The notes under the pieces were generated by a model. That model was not told the origin of the DNA. It did not search any database and saw only the letters and a program-made list of their open reading frames with translations. Made by a program: the position numbers and the translations under genes. A stretch of 30,337 bases of DNA from an uncultured bacterium (GTDB lineage Bacteria; Chlamydiota; Chlamydiia; Chlamydiales; SM23-39): contig CAYNWC010000001.1 in NCBI GenBank assembly GCA_964400805.1, positions 1 through 30,337 on the forward strand. The letters are read 5' to 3'. This document shows, piece by piece, positions 7,337 to 15,835 of this stretch (the first letter of the stretch is position 1; each line of letters starts with the position of its first letter).

Positions 7337-7907
7337 TGGGCCCGGGCGATTTTCCCATTTCCGCTGCGAAATCGGGGATGTAGCGATAGAGTTTAGTTCC
7401 TTCTCGCTCCATCCCTTTTCGGATCCCCTTAAGGATCTCTCCGATCTTAAACGAACTGCCTCCATTGAAAATAGTCCTCACGTGCTCTTTGGGGGCGGCT
7501 GCGAGAAAGGCAAATGGGTGGATCCCGTCGATTTGATCTCCCAATTGGATTAGCCTCCAGGCGGGGCCATCTTTATTGAAGGGATTTAAGAAAGAGCGAC
7601 CCAATTCGAGATACCCTTTTTCAGCAATTGTTTTAAAGATCTCCTGCACCTTTTCTTTTTCTTTTTTTTCCTCAGAGCAGCGGGGAAAACGGGGATTTTC
7701 CTCTACCGGCGCTTCACCCATTTGCGGCAGCCCAGGCTGAGGGACGGCGATGAAGAAAGAGCGTCTCTTTCTAAAGATAGCAGGACCTACTGCAACGATT
7801 GCAAAAAGGGCGTTGATTTCCAACGCAAGCCACCCGATCCGTTCCCAAGCGGGTTCTTCCGATTCTCCGGCGGCCGCGCTCTGAGAGCCAATGGCATCGA
7901 TTGCCAT
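7257..7907 (-). CDS. Hypothetical protein with one N-terminal TM segment, paralog of 7907-8410
   Basis: Likely start MAIDAIG at 7907 (TAATG overlap with the upstream stop). Shares EI..T.AE.G, G..I..(I/V)HP..FL, Y..(D/E)FA.E and W.GLV..L with its neighbour. Confidence 0.8.
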   Translation of the reverse strand: MAIDAIGSQSAAAGESEEPAWERIGWLALEINALFAIVAVGPAIFRKRRSFFIAVPQPGLPQMGEAPVEENPRFPRCSEEKKEKEKVQEIFKTIAEKGYLELGRSFLNPFNKDGPAWRLIQLGDQIDGIHPFAFLAAAPKEHVRTIFNGGSSFKIGEILKGIRKGMEREGTKLYRYIPDFAAEMGKSPGPIKPLIQARDWIGLVNYLFDTNAAREE

Positions 7908-8410
7908 TAGAGGGCGCTGTGGTGAATGAGGTGATGGACGAGACCTTCCCAATTGCGCGTGTCGAAAAAGCCCTGAATCGACTCATGCGGAACCTGGATC
8001 TCATCGGCAAATTCTTTGATATATTGATGCAATTTCCCTTTTTCGGCTTCTCGCGTTAACGAAGGGCAGAGGCCATCTAAAAAGTGATTCCATTTAAAGT
8101 AGTCTGCCCAAACGGCCGGCATACACATTTTCAAATGAGGGTCACAGAAGATGGTGCTGAGGAATTTGAGCGGATGGACGTGTTGGATCTCTCCCCCGAT
8201 TTCTTTGAGGTGGCCCTGCTTAAAGAGAGCGAGGTGGACTTTCCCGTTTTCAGCGACAGTGGTAATGATTTCATAGATGATCTTTCGATCGTCCTCATTG
8301 CAGGCGAGTTCCGCGTAGGTCAATTCGACCGGTTTGGCCGGCGGTTTCTTAATGATCGAGGCAGATGCAGAGAGGGTCAAACAGAGAACGAGAATCAGAA
8401 AACGGACCAT
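7907..8410 (-). CDS. Exported hypothetical protein (HPLKFL-motif helical domain)
   Basis: Signal peptide MVRFLILVLCLTLSASA; GGAG RBS; paralogous to the downstream gene. Confidence 0.85.
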   Translation of the reverse strand: MVRFLILVLCLTLSASASIIKKPPAKPVELTYAELACNEDDRKIIYEIITTVAENGKVHLALFKQGHLKEIGGEIQHVHPLKFLSTIFCDPHLKMCMPAVWADYFKWNHFLDGLCPSLTREAEKGKLHQYIKEFADEIQVPHESIQGFFDTRNWEGLVHHLIHHSAL

Positions 8411-8497
8411 ATGTACACTCCATAAATAAGGACGTCTATTATACCTTTCGTCAAGTTTTTATTCCCAGAAAGTTTTTTGCCCCTTATCCTCTTCTCT

Positions 8498-9253
8498 ATG
8501 AGACGGATTCTCTTCTTCCTTTTCTTTGTCAGCGCGATGCTCTCTTTGCCCGCTTTGGCCAAGCGAGCGACCTATGGCTTTCGGGTGGCGAAAATCCAAT
8601 TCGATTTCCCCGCAGATCCTCAATGGGATACGCCGCTGTTCCCAGAAATTTCTGCGATTTTAAAACAGCCCTTTCGCTTTCTCGGAAAAGGGGCGCAGAG
8701 CTACGTATTTGAAAGCGCAGATCAACGCTATGTGATCAAACTGTTTCGCTCCTCCTCCCAAGAGAAGGTCGCGGACCTCTTTGCGGCTTGCAAGCTCGCC
8801 TTTGACCATCTTCGGGAGGAGACGGGTCTTGTCTATATCCACCTCAACCCCACCTCCCTCCAGCTTCCAACCCTCTTCTGTCGCGATGCGATTGGTCGCT
8901 CCTACCGCCTTCCTCTAGACCCCCTCCGGTTCGCCGTGCAAAAAAAGGCGACGCCTTTTCAGAGCACGCTGGTAAAAGCGCGCCAAAAACCCCGGCAAAT
9001 GGAGGCGCGGATCGATGCGTTTCTCTCGCTTTTGCGCGCGCGCGCTGCCAAGGGGATTTACAATCGCGATCCTAACCTGAACCGGAACTTTGGTTTTCTG
9101 GAAGAGGGGGCCATTGAGTTCGATTTTGGCCAATTTCGCTACGACCCTTCTTTGAACCAGAAAGAAGAGATCTCCCGCTTTGCTAAACGTCTGCGCCGTT
9201 GGCTGGCCAAGCATGATCCCGAATGGGTCGCTTACCTCGATGAACGTCTATGA
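8498..9253 (+). CDS. Exported or membrane-anchored protein-kinase-like fold protein
   Basis: N-terminal hydrophobic signal; Gly loop LGKGAQ, YVIKLF Lys, catalytic-loop-like RDPNLNRN, DFG. ATG 8498 preferred over TTG 8477. Confidence 0.75.
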   Translation: MRRILFFLFFVSAMLSLPALAKRATYGFRVAKIQFDFPADPQWDTPLFPEISAILKQPFRFLGKGAQSYVFESADQRYVIKLFRSSSQEKVADLFAACKLAFDHLREETGLVYIHLNPTSLQLPTLFCRDAIGRSYRLPLDPLRFAVQKKATPFQSTLVKARQKPRQMEARIDAFLSLLRARAAKGIYNRDPNLNRNFGFLEEGAIEFDFGQFRYDPSLNQKEEISRFAKRLRRWLAKHDPEWVAYLDERL

Positions 9254-10050
9254 AGAAAGGTTTTTTCATCCTCTCCATCGCCCTTGGCCTCTCTGCGATC
9301 GCCCATCTTCGTACCGATGGCTTTGCCCTCCACCGCATCCAAGCGCCTCTTCCCAACGCGTCGCTCGCCCCCCTGCCTCCTTCTGCCGAACAGGCCCTCT
9401 CGCAACCCTTCCACTATTTGGGAAAAGGGAGGCAATGCTTTGTCTTCGAAAGCGCTGACGGACAATACGTTCTGAAATTCTTCAACCAATCCTATCTACA
9501 AATGCCTTGGTACTCTTTTCTAATCAAAGAGAAGGAGCAAACCAAACGGGCCCGCCGCCGCCATTTTTATGAACACAGCTATGAAATTGCCTTTCGGAAG
9601 CTCGGCGAGGAGATCGTCTACCTGCATCTCGGCCCTTCGGATCGCCCTCTGCCTCTTCTGTCCCTCACCGATCGTTGAGGATGGGAGTTCGCTGTCTATT
9701 TGAACGCCTTGCCCTTTGTTCTACAGAGAAAAGGGATTCCGATCTACACGGTCCTTCAGGAGGTCTATGAGCGAGAAGGGCTAGATGGCCTATGCCGCGA
9801 GATCGACGCCTTTGTGGCTGCCGTCTCTCTTCGGATTGGCAAAGGAATCGCCGATGGGGATCACGATGTGGAACACAATTGGGGATATGTAGAGGGGAGG
9901 CTTTTCCATCTCGATCCGGGCCGTCTTTACTATGACGAGCGGCTCCAGGACCCTGCCCGCCTTCAGGTTGAATGGGAAGGAGCCACCCGCAACTTCCGCA
10001 AGTGGCTCCAATGTCATTATCCTGACGCTAGAAATCGAGCGCGGCTTTGA
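9250..10050 (+). pseudogene. Second kinase-like paralog interrupted by a single in-frame TGA (9676-9678)
   Basis: ORFs 9250-9678 and 9700-10050 share one frame. Read-through gives 266 aa colinear with the upstream paralog (LGKGRQ, YVLKFF, GDHDVEHN, DPG). ATGA overlap with the upstream gene. Confidence 0.8.
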
Positions 10051-11179
10051 CCGTTAACCCCTGCAAATATAAGTTCGGGGCGGAGGTGCCGATTCCCACG
10101 TCGGTGACGTCTGCTAAACTTCGCATCATGTTCTGATTCCAAAATACTTGGAAATCATAGGTGGCGAGAACATCGAAGTGGTATTTGCGGCTATTGAAAT
10201 AGTTGCCCCAGCCAAGGCCCAGATTTATCTCATTTACAGCTCTTAAACAATTGAGATCGGTGAATTGGGTAGAAACAGGAGCGCTTGTCGTGGTGGTTTT
10301 GCTGAGATTGCTGCTGACCTTGGTATATTGGGTAAAGAGAAGAGACGCAGCCATATCGCCCTCCGCTCTAAATCCCCAACGGAGATGCCATTTTGTATTA
10401 AAGCCCGCGCGAGGACCGACGGCCCACGAGTGAGATTTGGCATTATATGTCGAGAGAAGCCCAGCGGCGCCACCTCCTGACATATTCACCGTTACGCCAG
10501 AGATATCCAGGTTTTGCCGGATCCACTGTCCCCGTATTCCTCCAAAAGGAGCGACGATGAGATGGGTTCCTTGATAGTAAGGACGGCTGACTCCTACATC
10601 GGCCAAGTCCATATTGACGCGCCACTTCGAAGAGACCGAAGAGAGGGCTACTGAACCCGCGGTGCCATTATTGTTAGATACTACATACCAGGCGTCCATG
10701 AACCAAACAGGAGTCCCTCGGCTATCTGCAGGAGGAGCGCTGTTCGTTGTGGTTGTCGATCGGAACCACGCATATTCAGCGAATCCAATCCAGCCGTCGC
10801 GCCGAAGATCCATTCCTAGACCGATTTTAAATCCCGGCTTATATTGGTTGTCTTGAAAAAGAAAGGTGCCGCCAACGGGCGAGAAGAGGACATTGCTAGA
10901 AGAGACTGCTGTACTTTCTGCTAAATCCATCCCATCTTGCAAAGCTTCCCAATAGGTAAAGCTAGCGTCGATCCAATAGTCCCAGGCGCAATTCAATTCG
11001 TACTGAGCAGGTTCATTGTAAGCCGAGGGAAAGCAGCAATTTCTATTTGGGTAGCCTCTCTCAAAGCAGACAGGAGGGCAAGGTTTTGTACATTCGTTTG
11101 GCGCGCAGTTATTGGCGTCCAATAGCAGCGGCAATAGCAACAGACTCAGGCTAGTGGCAACTCTAGAAGAAAAGTTCAT
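10028..11179 (-). CDS. MOMP-like outer-membrane beta-barrel porin (Simkania MOMP-like / Lpg1974-like), copy 2
   Basis: Start MNFSSRV at 11179 with AAGGA RBS; signal peptide; Cys-rich N-terminus; amphipathic beta strands; C-terminal GLTVKAALDF with terminal Phe. Confidence 0.88.
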   Translation of the reverse strand: MNFSSRVATSLSLLLLPLLLDANNCAPNECTKPCPPVCFERGYPNRNCCFPSAYNEPAQYELNCAWDYWIDASFTYWEALQDGMDLAESTAVSSSNVLFSPVGGTFLFQDNQYKPGFKIGLGMDLRRDGWIGFAEYAWFRSTTTTNSAPPADSRGTPVWFMDAWYVVSNNNGTAGSVALSSVSSKWRVNMDLADVGVSRPYYQGTHLIVAPFGGIRGQWIRQNLDISGVTVNMSGGGAAGLLSTYNAKSHSWAVGPRAGFNTKWHLRWGFRAEGDMAASLLFTQYTKVSSNLSKTTTTSAPVSTQFTDLNCLRAVNEINLGLGWGNYFNSRKYHFDVLATYDFQVFWNQNMMRSLADVTDVGIGTSAPNLYLQGLTVKAALDF

Positions 11180-11199
11180 TTTTATTTCCTTTTGTAAGA

Positions 11200-12348
11200 T
11201 TAGAAATCGAGCGCGGCTTTGATCGTTAAACCTTGCAAGTATAAATTCGGCACGGATCCTTCGGTGCGAACAGAAAGATCGTTTGCTACGGCTCTCATCA
11301 TATTTTGGTTCCAAAATATTTGGAAATCATAGGTGGCGAGAAAATCGATGTGGTATTTGCGGCAATTCGAGTAGCTGCCCCAGCCAATTCCTAGATTCAT
11401 TTCATTGACGGCTCTTAAGCAATTGAGATCGGGAAATCGGCCAGAAACAGGGATGCTCGTGGTGGTTGTTGCGCTCAGATGGCTGCTTGCCTGTGTATAT
11501 TGGGTAAAGAGAAGGGAGGCAGCCAAAGCGCCTTCGGCTCTAAATCCCCAGCGGACATGCCATTTTGTATTAAAGCCTGCGCGAGGACCTACCGCCCACG
11601 AATGGGACTTGATGTTACATGTAGCGAAGAGATCTGCTGTTCCGCTGATTCCTTCATCGGCGGTGATGCCAGAGATATCCAAACTTTGCCGGATCCATTG
11701 TCCTCTGACTCCGCCAAAAGGGGCCACGATGAGGTGAGTTCCTTGATAGCAGGGGCGGCTTACCCCTACATCGGCCAAGTCCATATTGAGTTGCCACTTC
11801 GAGGAGAGTGAGGAGAGAGCTGTTGAACCGGCAGGCACAGTGCCATCGCCAGATAACACATACCAGCTGTTCACGCTCCAAACGGCAGCTCCCCGACTGT
11901 CTGCAGGAGGGGTCCGATGGGTGCTGGTCACTGACCGGAACCACGTATATTCACCGAATCCAATCCAACCATCGCGCCGGAAATCAACCCCCAGACCCAC
12001 TTTGAATCCAGGTTTATACTCTGTATCTTGAAAGAGGTAGTTGCCTCCATCGGGCGAAAAGAGGATGGAAGTGGAAGGGGATAGGGCTGTGTTCACCGCC
12101 AAATCCATTCCCTCCTGGAGGGCTTCCCAATAGGTGAAGCTCGCATCGATCCAATAGTCCCAGGCGCAACCCACTTCATACTGAGCGGGTTCATTATAAG
12201 CGGCGGGAAAACAACATTTTGTATTTGGGTAGCCCCGTTCAAAACAAACTGGAGGAGCCTGACATTCTTTCGGACAATTATTTTGTGCGGTCAATACCAG
12301 TGGCAATAGCAGAAGGCCTGTAGCAGCGAATTTCGCAGTGATGTTCAT
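11200..12348 (-). CDS. MOMP-like outer-membrane beta-barrel porin, copy 1
   Basis: Signal peptide, Cys-rich N-terminus, YKPGFKVGLG, AVGPRAG, C-terminal GLTIKAALDF; colinear with its neighbour. Confidence 0.88.
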   Translation of the reverse strand: MNITAKFAATGLLLLPLVLTAQNNCPKECQAPPVCFERGYPNTKCCFPAAYNEPAQYEVGCAWDYWIDASFTYWEALQEGMDLAVNTALSPSTSILFSPDGGNYLFQDTEYKPGFKVGLGVDFRRDGWIGFGEYTWFRSVTSTHRTPPADSRGAAVWSVNSWYVLSGDGTVPAGSTALSSLSSKWQLNMDLADVGVSRPCYQGTHLIVAPFGGVRGQWIRQSLDISGITADEGISGTADLFATCNIKSHSWAVGPRAGFNTKWHVRWGFRAEGALAASLLFTQYTQASSHLSATTTTSIPVSGRFPDLNCLRAVNEMNLGIGWGSYSNCRKYHIDFLATYDFQIFWNQNMMRAVANDLSVRTEGSVPNLYLQGLTIKAALDF

Positions 12349-12436
12349 CGGAGTTTCCTCAATAAAGTGGACTCTACTTTGTCAAAAAACATTTTTTATT
12401 TCCAGAAATTCTTGAGACACTGCTAACGTCTAAAAT

Positions 12437-13738
12437 ATGTTCCATCGAGTCCGACACTACTTCACAGAGGCGCTTTGGAATTTTCCTTTAGGCCGAGAAA
12501 AGGGGTGGCGCCGGTTCGGCTTGAAATGGCTCCGCGTCGCCTACTTAGCAGGTCGAGGATTTGACCAAGATTATTGCAGCTTGAGTGCTTCCTCTCTCAC
12601 CTATTATACCTTGATGTCCATTGTGCCTGTGCTCGCCATGGCGTTGGCCATTGCGAGGGGATTTGGCTACAGCGAACTGCTCAGACAAGAGCTCTTCAAC
12701 CGGTTTCAAGATCAGAACGAGGCGCTCACACAGATTTTTCAATACGCAGACAACTTTCTCGATCAAGCCAAGAGTGGGATCATCGCCGGTTTCGGCTTTG
12801 CGCTCCTCTTCTTGACGGTGATTTTGCTGCTCCGCAATTTGGAGGGCATTCTCAATGGGATCTGGGGTGTCAAGAAGCTGCGCTCGTGGCGGCGCGTTCT
12901 CACCGACTATTTTGCAGTGGTGCTCATCGCGCCGGTGATCTTTGTCATCGCCAGTAGCGTTTCGGTATTCGTCGTCGATATACTGGAGAAAGGGATCCGG
13001 CTCCTCCCGGCCTCTCTATGGGCGATCTCCTGGCTTCTCTTTCTCGTCCACTTAGTCCCTTATTGCCTTTTCGCCCTCTTCTTCACGTTCCTCTATCTCT
13101 TCATGCCCAATACAAAAGTACACTTTGCCTCTGCCCTTCTCGGCGGTGTGATCGCAGGGTGTTTGTATACGGCGGTTCAGTGGGGCTATATCTATTTCCA
13201 AGTCGGTGTGAGCCGCTATGGAGCGGTCTATGGCAGTATGGCGGCTCTCCCTCTCTTTCTGGTTTGGCTGCAGCTCAGTTGGTTCATCGTTCTCTTTGGA
13301 GCGGAGGTCAGCTGCGCCCATCAGACGATGGACGAGCATGAATTTGAAGTGAAAGCGGGACGTATCAGCTACAGTTTCAAGCGCCTCCTAACCCTCTGGA
13401 TCCTCCATTTGGCTCTCAAGGGATTTTTAACCCGCGAACGGCTCGTCAAGCACTATCAGGTCCCCTCCGTCCTTGCCACGCCCATCTTGCAAGAACTCGT
13501 CGCCTGCCACCTTCTCCACGAGACGCGCGGCGGCTATGTCGCTGGCCATCACGTACAAAACTTGAAAATTTCTGAAGTAATCGCCATTCTGGAAGAAAGA
13601 GGGGAGAATGCGTTTCCCTTCATTGAGGCCAGATCGCTGGCCCCTTTTGAGAGGGCCCTAAGGGCATTTTGTAAAATGATTGAATCTTCACCCGAAAACA
13701 TTCAGTTGAGCGATACTATGACCGCTCAAAAAGGGTGA
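12437..13738 (+). CDS. yihY: YihY/virulence factor BrkB family inner-membrane protein with C-terminal winged-helix-like extension
   Basis: ASSLTYYTLMSIVP, LYLFMPNTKV, YGAVYGSMAALPLFLVWLQLSWFIVLFGAE. Confidence 0.92.
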   Translation: MFHRVRHYFTEALWNFPLGREKGWRRFGLKWLRVAYLAGRGFDQDYCSLSASSLTYYTLMSIVPVLAMALAIARGFGYSELLRQELFNRFQDQNEALTQIFQYADNFLDQAKSGIIAGFGFALLFLTVILLLRNLEGILNGIWGVKKLRSWRRVLTDYFAVVLIAPVIFVIASSVSVFVVDILEKGIRLLPASLWAISWLLFLVHLVPYCLFALFFTFLYLFMPNTKVHFASALLGGVIAGCLYTAVQWGYIYFQVGVSRYGAVYGSMAALPLFLVWLQLSWFIVLFGAEVSCAHQTMDEHEFEVKAGRISYSFKRLLTLWILHLALKGFLTRERLVKHYQVPSVLATPILQELVACHLLHETRGGYVAGHHVQNLKISEVIAILEERGENAFPFIEARSLAPFERALRAFCKMIESSPENIQLSDTMTAQKG

Positions 13739-13743
13739 AAAAT

Positions 13744-13855
13744 GCCAAGGAGGCGCCTTGAATTTGAGCCAGGCGTAGCCGGCGCCGAGGAAGCTAAACT
13801 TAAAAAGTTTAGCGACGCAGGCGGGTCTCAAATTCAGTGGCTGTCCGACGCTGGC
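13744..13855. repeat. Intergenic palindromic element, possibly related to Rickettsia-type palindromic elements (RPE)
   Basis: Nested stems TGAATTTGAG (13759-68)/CTCAAATTCA (13827-36) and GCTAAACTT-AAA-AAGTTTAGC (13793-13813), plus weaker outer pairings. Confidence 0.6.
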
Positions 13856-13888
13856 AGATTCACACTTTTTGAGTGGGAGTAGTATCAC

Positions 13889-14827
13889 ATGTATCCAATT
13901 CGCTTTGAGCCGATTTATCAAGATTATGTCTGGGGCGGCGACCGGATCGCCCTGCAGTTTAAGCGCCAGGTGCATCAGCCCCGCGTAGCGGAGAGCTGGG
14001 AGCTTTCCGATCGGGACGATGGGATGAGCGTCGTCATGAATGGCGCCTATAAAGGGAAGACGATCCATCAGCTCGTTCAAGAATTAGGAGAGAACCTCCT
14101 TGGACACGGCCAGAAATACAGCCGATTTCCCCTCCTCTTTAAAATCATCGATGCCAAGGAAAACCTCAGCATTCAAGTCCACCCCGATGAAGAGACAGCC
14201 CCTGCCCTTCAAGGGGAGCCCAAAACGGAAATGTGGGTGATTCTCGAAGGAGGTACCGTCTATGCCGGCCTCAAAAAGGGGGTGACCGAACCGGAACTTC
14301 TCGAGGCGATCAAGCAGAATCGGGCGGAAGAGCTCCTCGAAAAAGTGGACCTGCGCAAAGGCGATGCGGTCTACATTCCCGGCGGCCGCGTCCACGCCGT
14401 TTGCGGAGGGAGCCTCCTCTATGAAGTGCAGCAAAACTCCAACACCACCTACCGCCTCTACGATTGGGGCCGAACTGGCAGAGCGCTCCATCTCAAAGAG
14501 GGGATGGCCGCGATCCATTGGAACGATCGGGCGCAGGCCAAAGTCACCCCGCGCCACCTCAGCAGCGACCTGCACCACCAGCTCGTCACTCTCGTCACCG
14601 CTCCCTTCTTCGTCGTCGACCGGATCGACGTCTTCAAAAAGCTCCACATCGCCGTCATTCCAAAGACCTTTCAGGTCTTCTTCTGCATGGAAGGAGGGGA
14701 GGGGCAGATCATCGTGGATGGGGAGAAAGAGCCCTTTGAGCCAGGGATGACCTACCTCATACCCGCTGCGGCTAAATCGATAGAGATCGAAGGAAAATGC
14801 CAAACGCTGCGCGTGAGGTTGCCTTAG
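13889..14827 (+). CDS. manA: Type I mannose-6-phosphate isomerase
   Basis: YVWGG, AESWE, LSIQVHPD, KTEMW, GRVHA, EVQQNSNTTYRLYDWGR. Confidence 0.93.
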   Translation: MYPIRFEPIYQDYVWGGDRIALQFKRQVHQPRVAESWELSDRDDGMSVVMNGAYKGKTIHQLVQELGENLLGHGQKYSRFPLLFKIIDAKENLSIQVHPDEETAPALQGEPKTEMWVILEGGTVYAGLKKGVTEPELLEAIKQNRAEELLEKVDLRKGDAVYIPGGRVHAVCGGSLLYEVQQNSNTTYRLYDWGRTGRALHLKEGMAAIHWNDRAQAKVTPRHLSSDLHHQLVTLVTAPFFVVDRIDVFKKLHIAVIPKTFQVFFCMEGGEGQIIVDGEKEPFEPGMTYLIPAAAKSIEIEGKCQTLRVRLP

Positions 14828-14828
14828 C

Positions 14829-15803
14829 TTACTTCCCCAATTTAGCCAATGCCTGCTTGGCCAAAGCAAGGCCGCTCAATTCACTGATCTGATCGCCGAG
14901 AGCGCTCACCTCGATCCGACAAGCCCGCACATTCTCCTTCCAGGCAAAATGGGGCAGTTGCTTTTTCAATGGATCGAGCAATAGGGCCCCGCTGTGAATG
15001 GCGATCGTCCCCAAAATCACCACCTCTGGATTGAAGTTCATCAACACCACGCCAATCCCTTGGGCCAATCGGAGGATGAACTCGTCCCAAACCTTCAGGG
15101 CATACGGATCCTTCTTGCGCACGGCTCGAATCAGACAGCCCGCATCGATCTGGTCCATCTTCCCCTTCGCCTCCTCGAGGATCGCCGTTGTAATCCCATC
15201 TCGCTGAATCTCTTCGCGCATCTTTTTGGCCAGCGCAGCGCCTCCGCAATAAGTCTCAAAGCACCCTCTTTGCCCACAGGGGCACTGAGGGCCATGAATA
15301 TCGAGGACAAAGTGCCCCACCTCTGCAGCCGTATCCGATACGCCCTGCAGCAGCTCTCCATTCACAATCGCTCCGCCTCCCATCCCCGTGCTGCAGGTCA
15401 AGTAGATCAGATTTGGCGTTCCCTTCGACGCGCCAAACAGATACTCGGCTACTCCCGCCGCATTCGCGTCGTTATTCATCATTACGTGTTTGTGGAAATG
15501 GCTCTTAAAGAACTCGACCAGAGGGGCATTTTCCCAGCCCGGCAGATTGGGCGGGTTGAGCATCTTTCCCTCTTTCGTGGAGATCGGCCCCGGCGAGGAA
15601 ATGCCGATCGCCCCCACTTGCTTCAGGTCCACCTTCTGCTCGGCGAGCACCTCGTGAATTAAGTCAGCGGTGGCCTTCAGGCCATTTTTCCACCCTTTCA
15701 AAGGCTGTGTGGCGATCCGCTTCGAAGCGAAAATCTTTCCCTCATGATTGCCCAAGCAGGCGCAGATCTTCGTCCCGCCAATATCCACTCCGATCAGATG
15801 CAT
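14829..15803 (-). CDS. ROK family sugar kinase (glucokinase-like)
   Basis: GVDIGGTK, NDANAAGVAE, STGMGGG, EVGH, CPCGQRGCFE. ATG 15803 chosen from the purine-rich RBS upstream. Confidence 0.93.
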   Translation of the reverse strand: MHLIGVDIGGTKICACLGNHEGKIFASKRIATQPLKGWKNGLKATADLIHEVLAEQKVDLKQVGAIGISSPGPISTKEGKMLNPPNLPGWENAPLVEFFKSHFHKHVMMNNDANAAGVAEYLFGASKGTPNLIYLTCSTGMGGGAIVNGELLQGVSDTAAEVGHFVLDIHGPQCPCGQRGCFETYCGGAALAKKMREEIQRDGITTAILEEAKGKMDQIDAGCLIRAVRKKDPYALKVWDEFILRLAQGIGVVLMNFNPEVVILGTIAIHSGALLLDPLKKQLPHFAWKENVRACRIEVSALGDQISELSGLALAKQALAKLGK

Positions 15804-15835
15804 GGTGATTTTCCCCCTCATTGCCATTTAACACG

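Noticed and set aside
8438-8455. Minus-strand TTGACG…TATAAT promoter-like match
   Set aside because: The spacer is only 5 nt, incompatible with a sigma66 promoter.
9676-9710. Selenocysteine or genetic-code reassignment at the in-frame TGA
   Set aside because: TGA is an ordinary stop in pheS, mlaD and others; the position aligns to an aliphatic residue; only a weak 5-bp stem follows, not a convincing SECIS.
11180-11314. 45-aa N-terminal extension of the porin ORF in the ORF track
   Set aside because: It overlaps the upstream paralog. The signal peptide and RBS point to ATG 11179.
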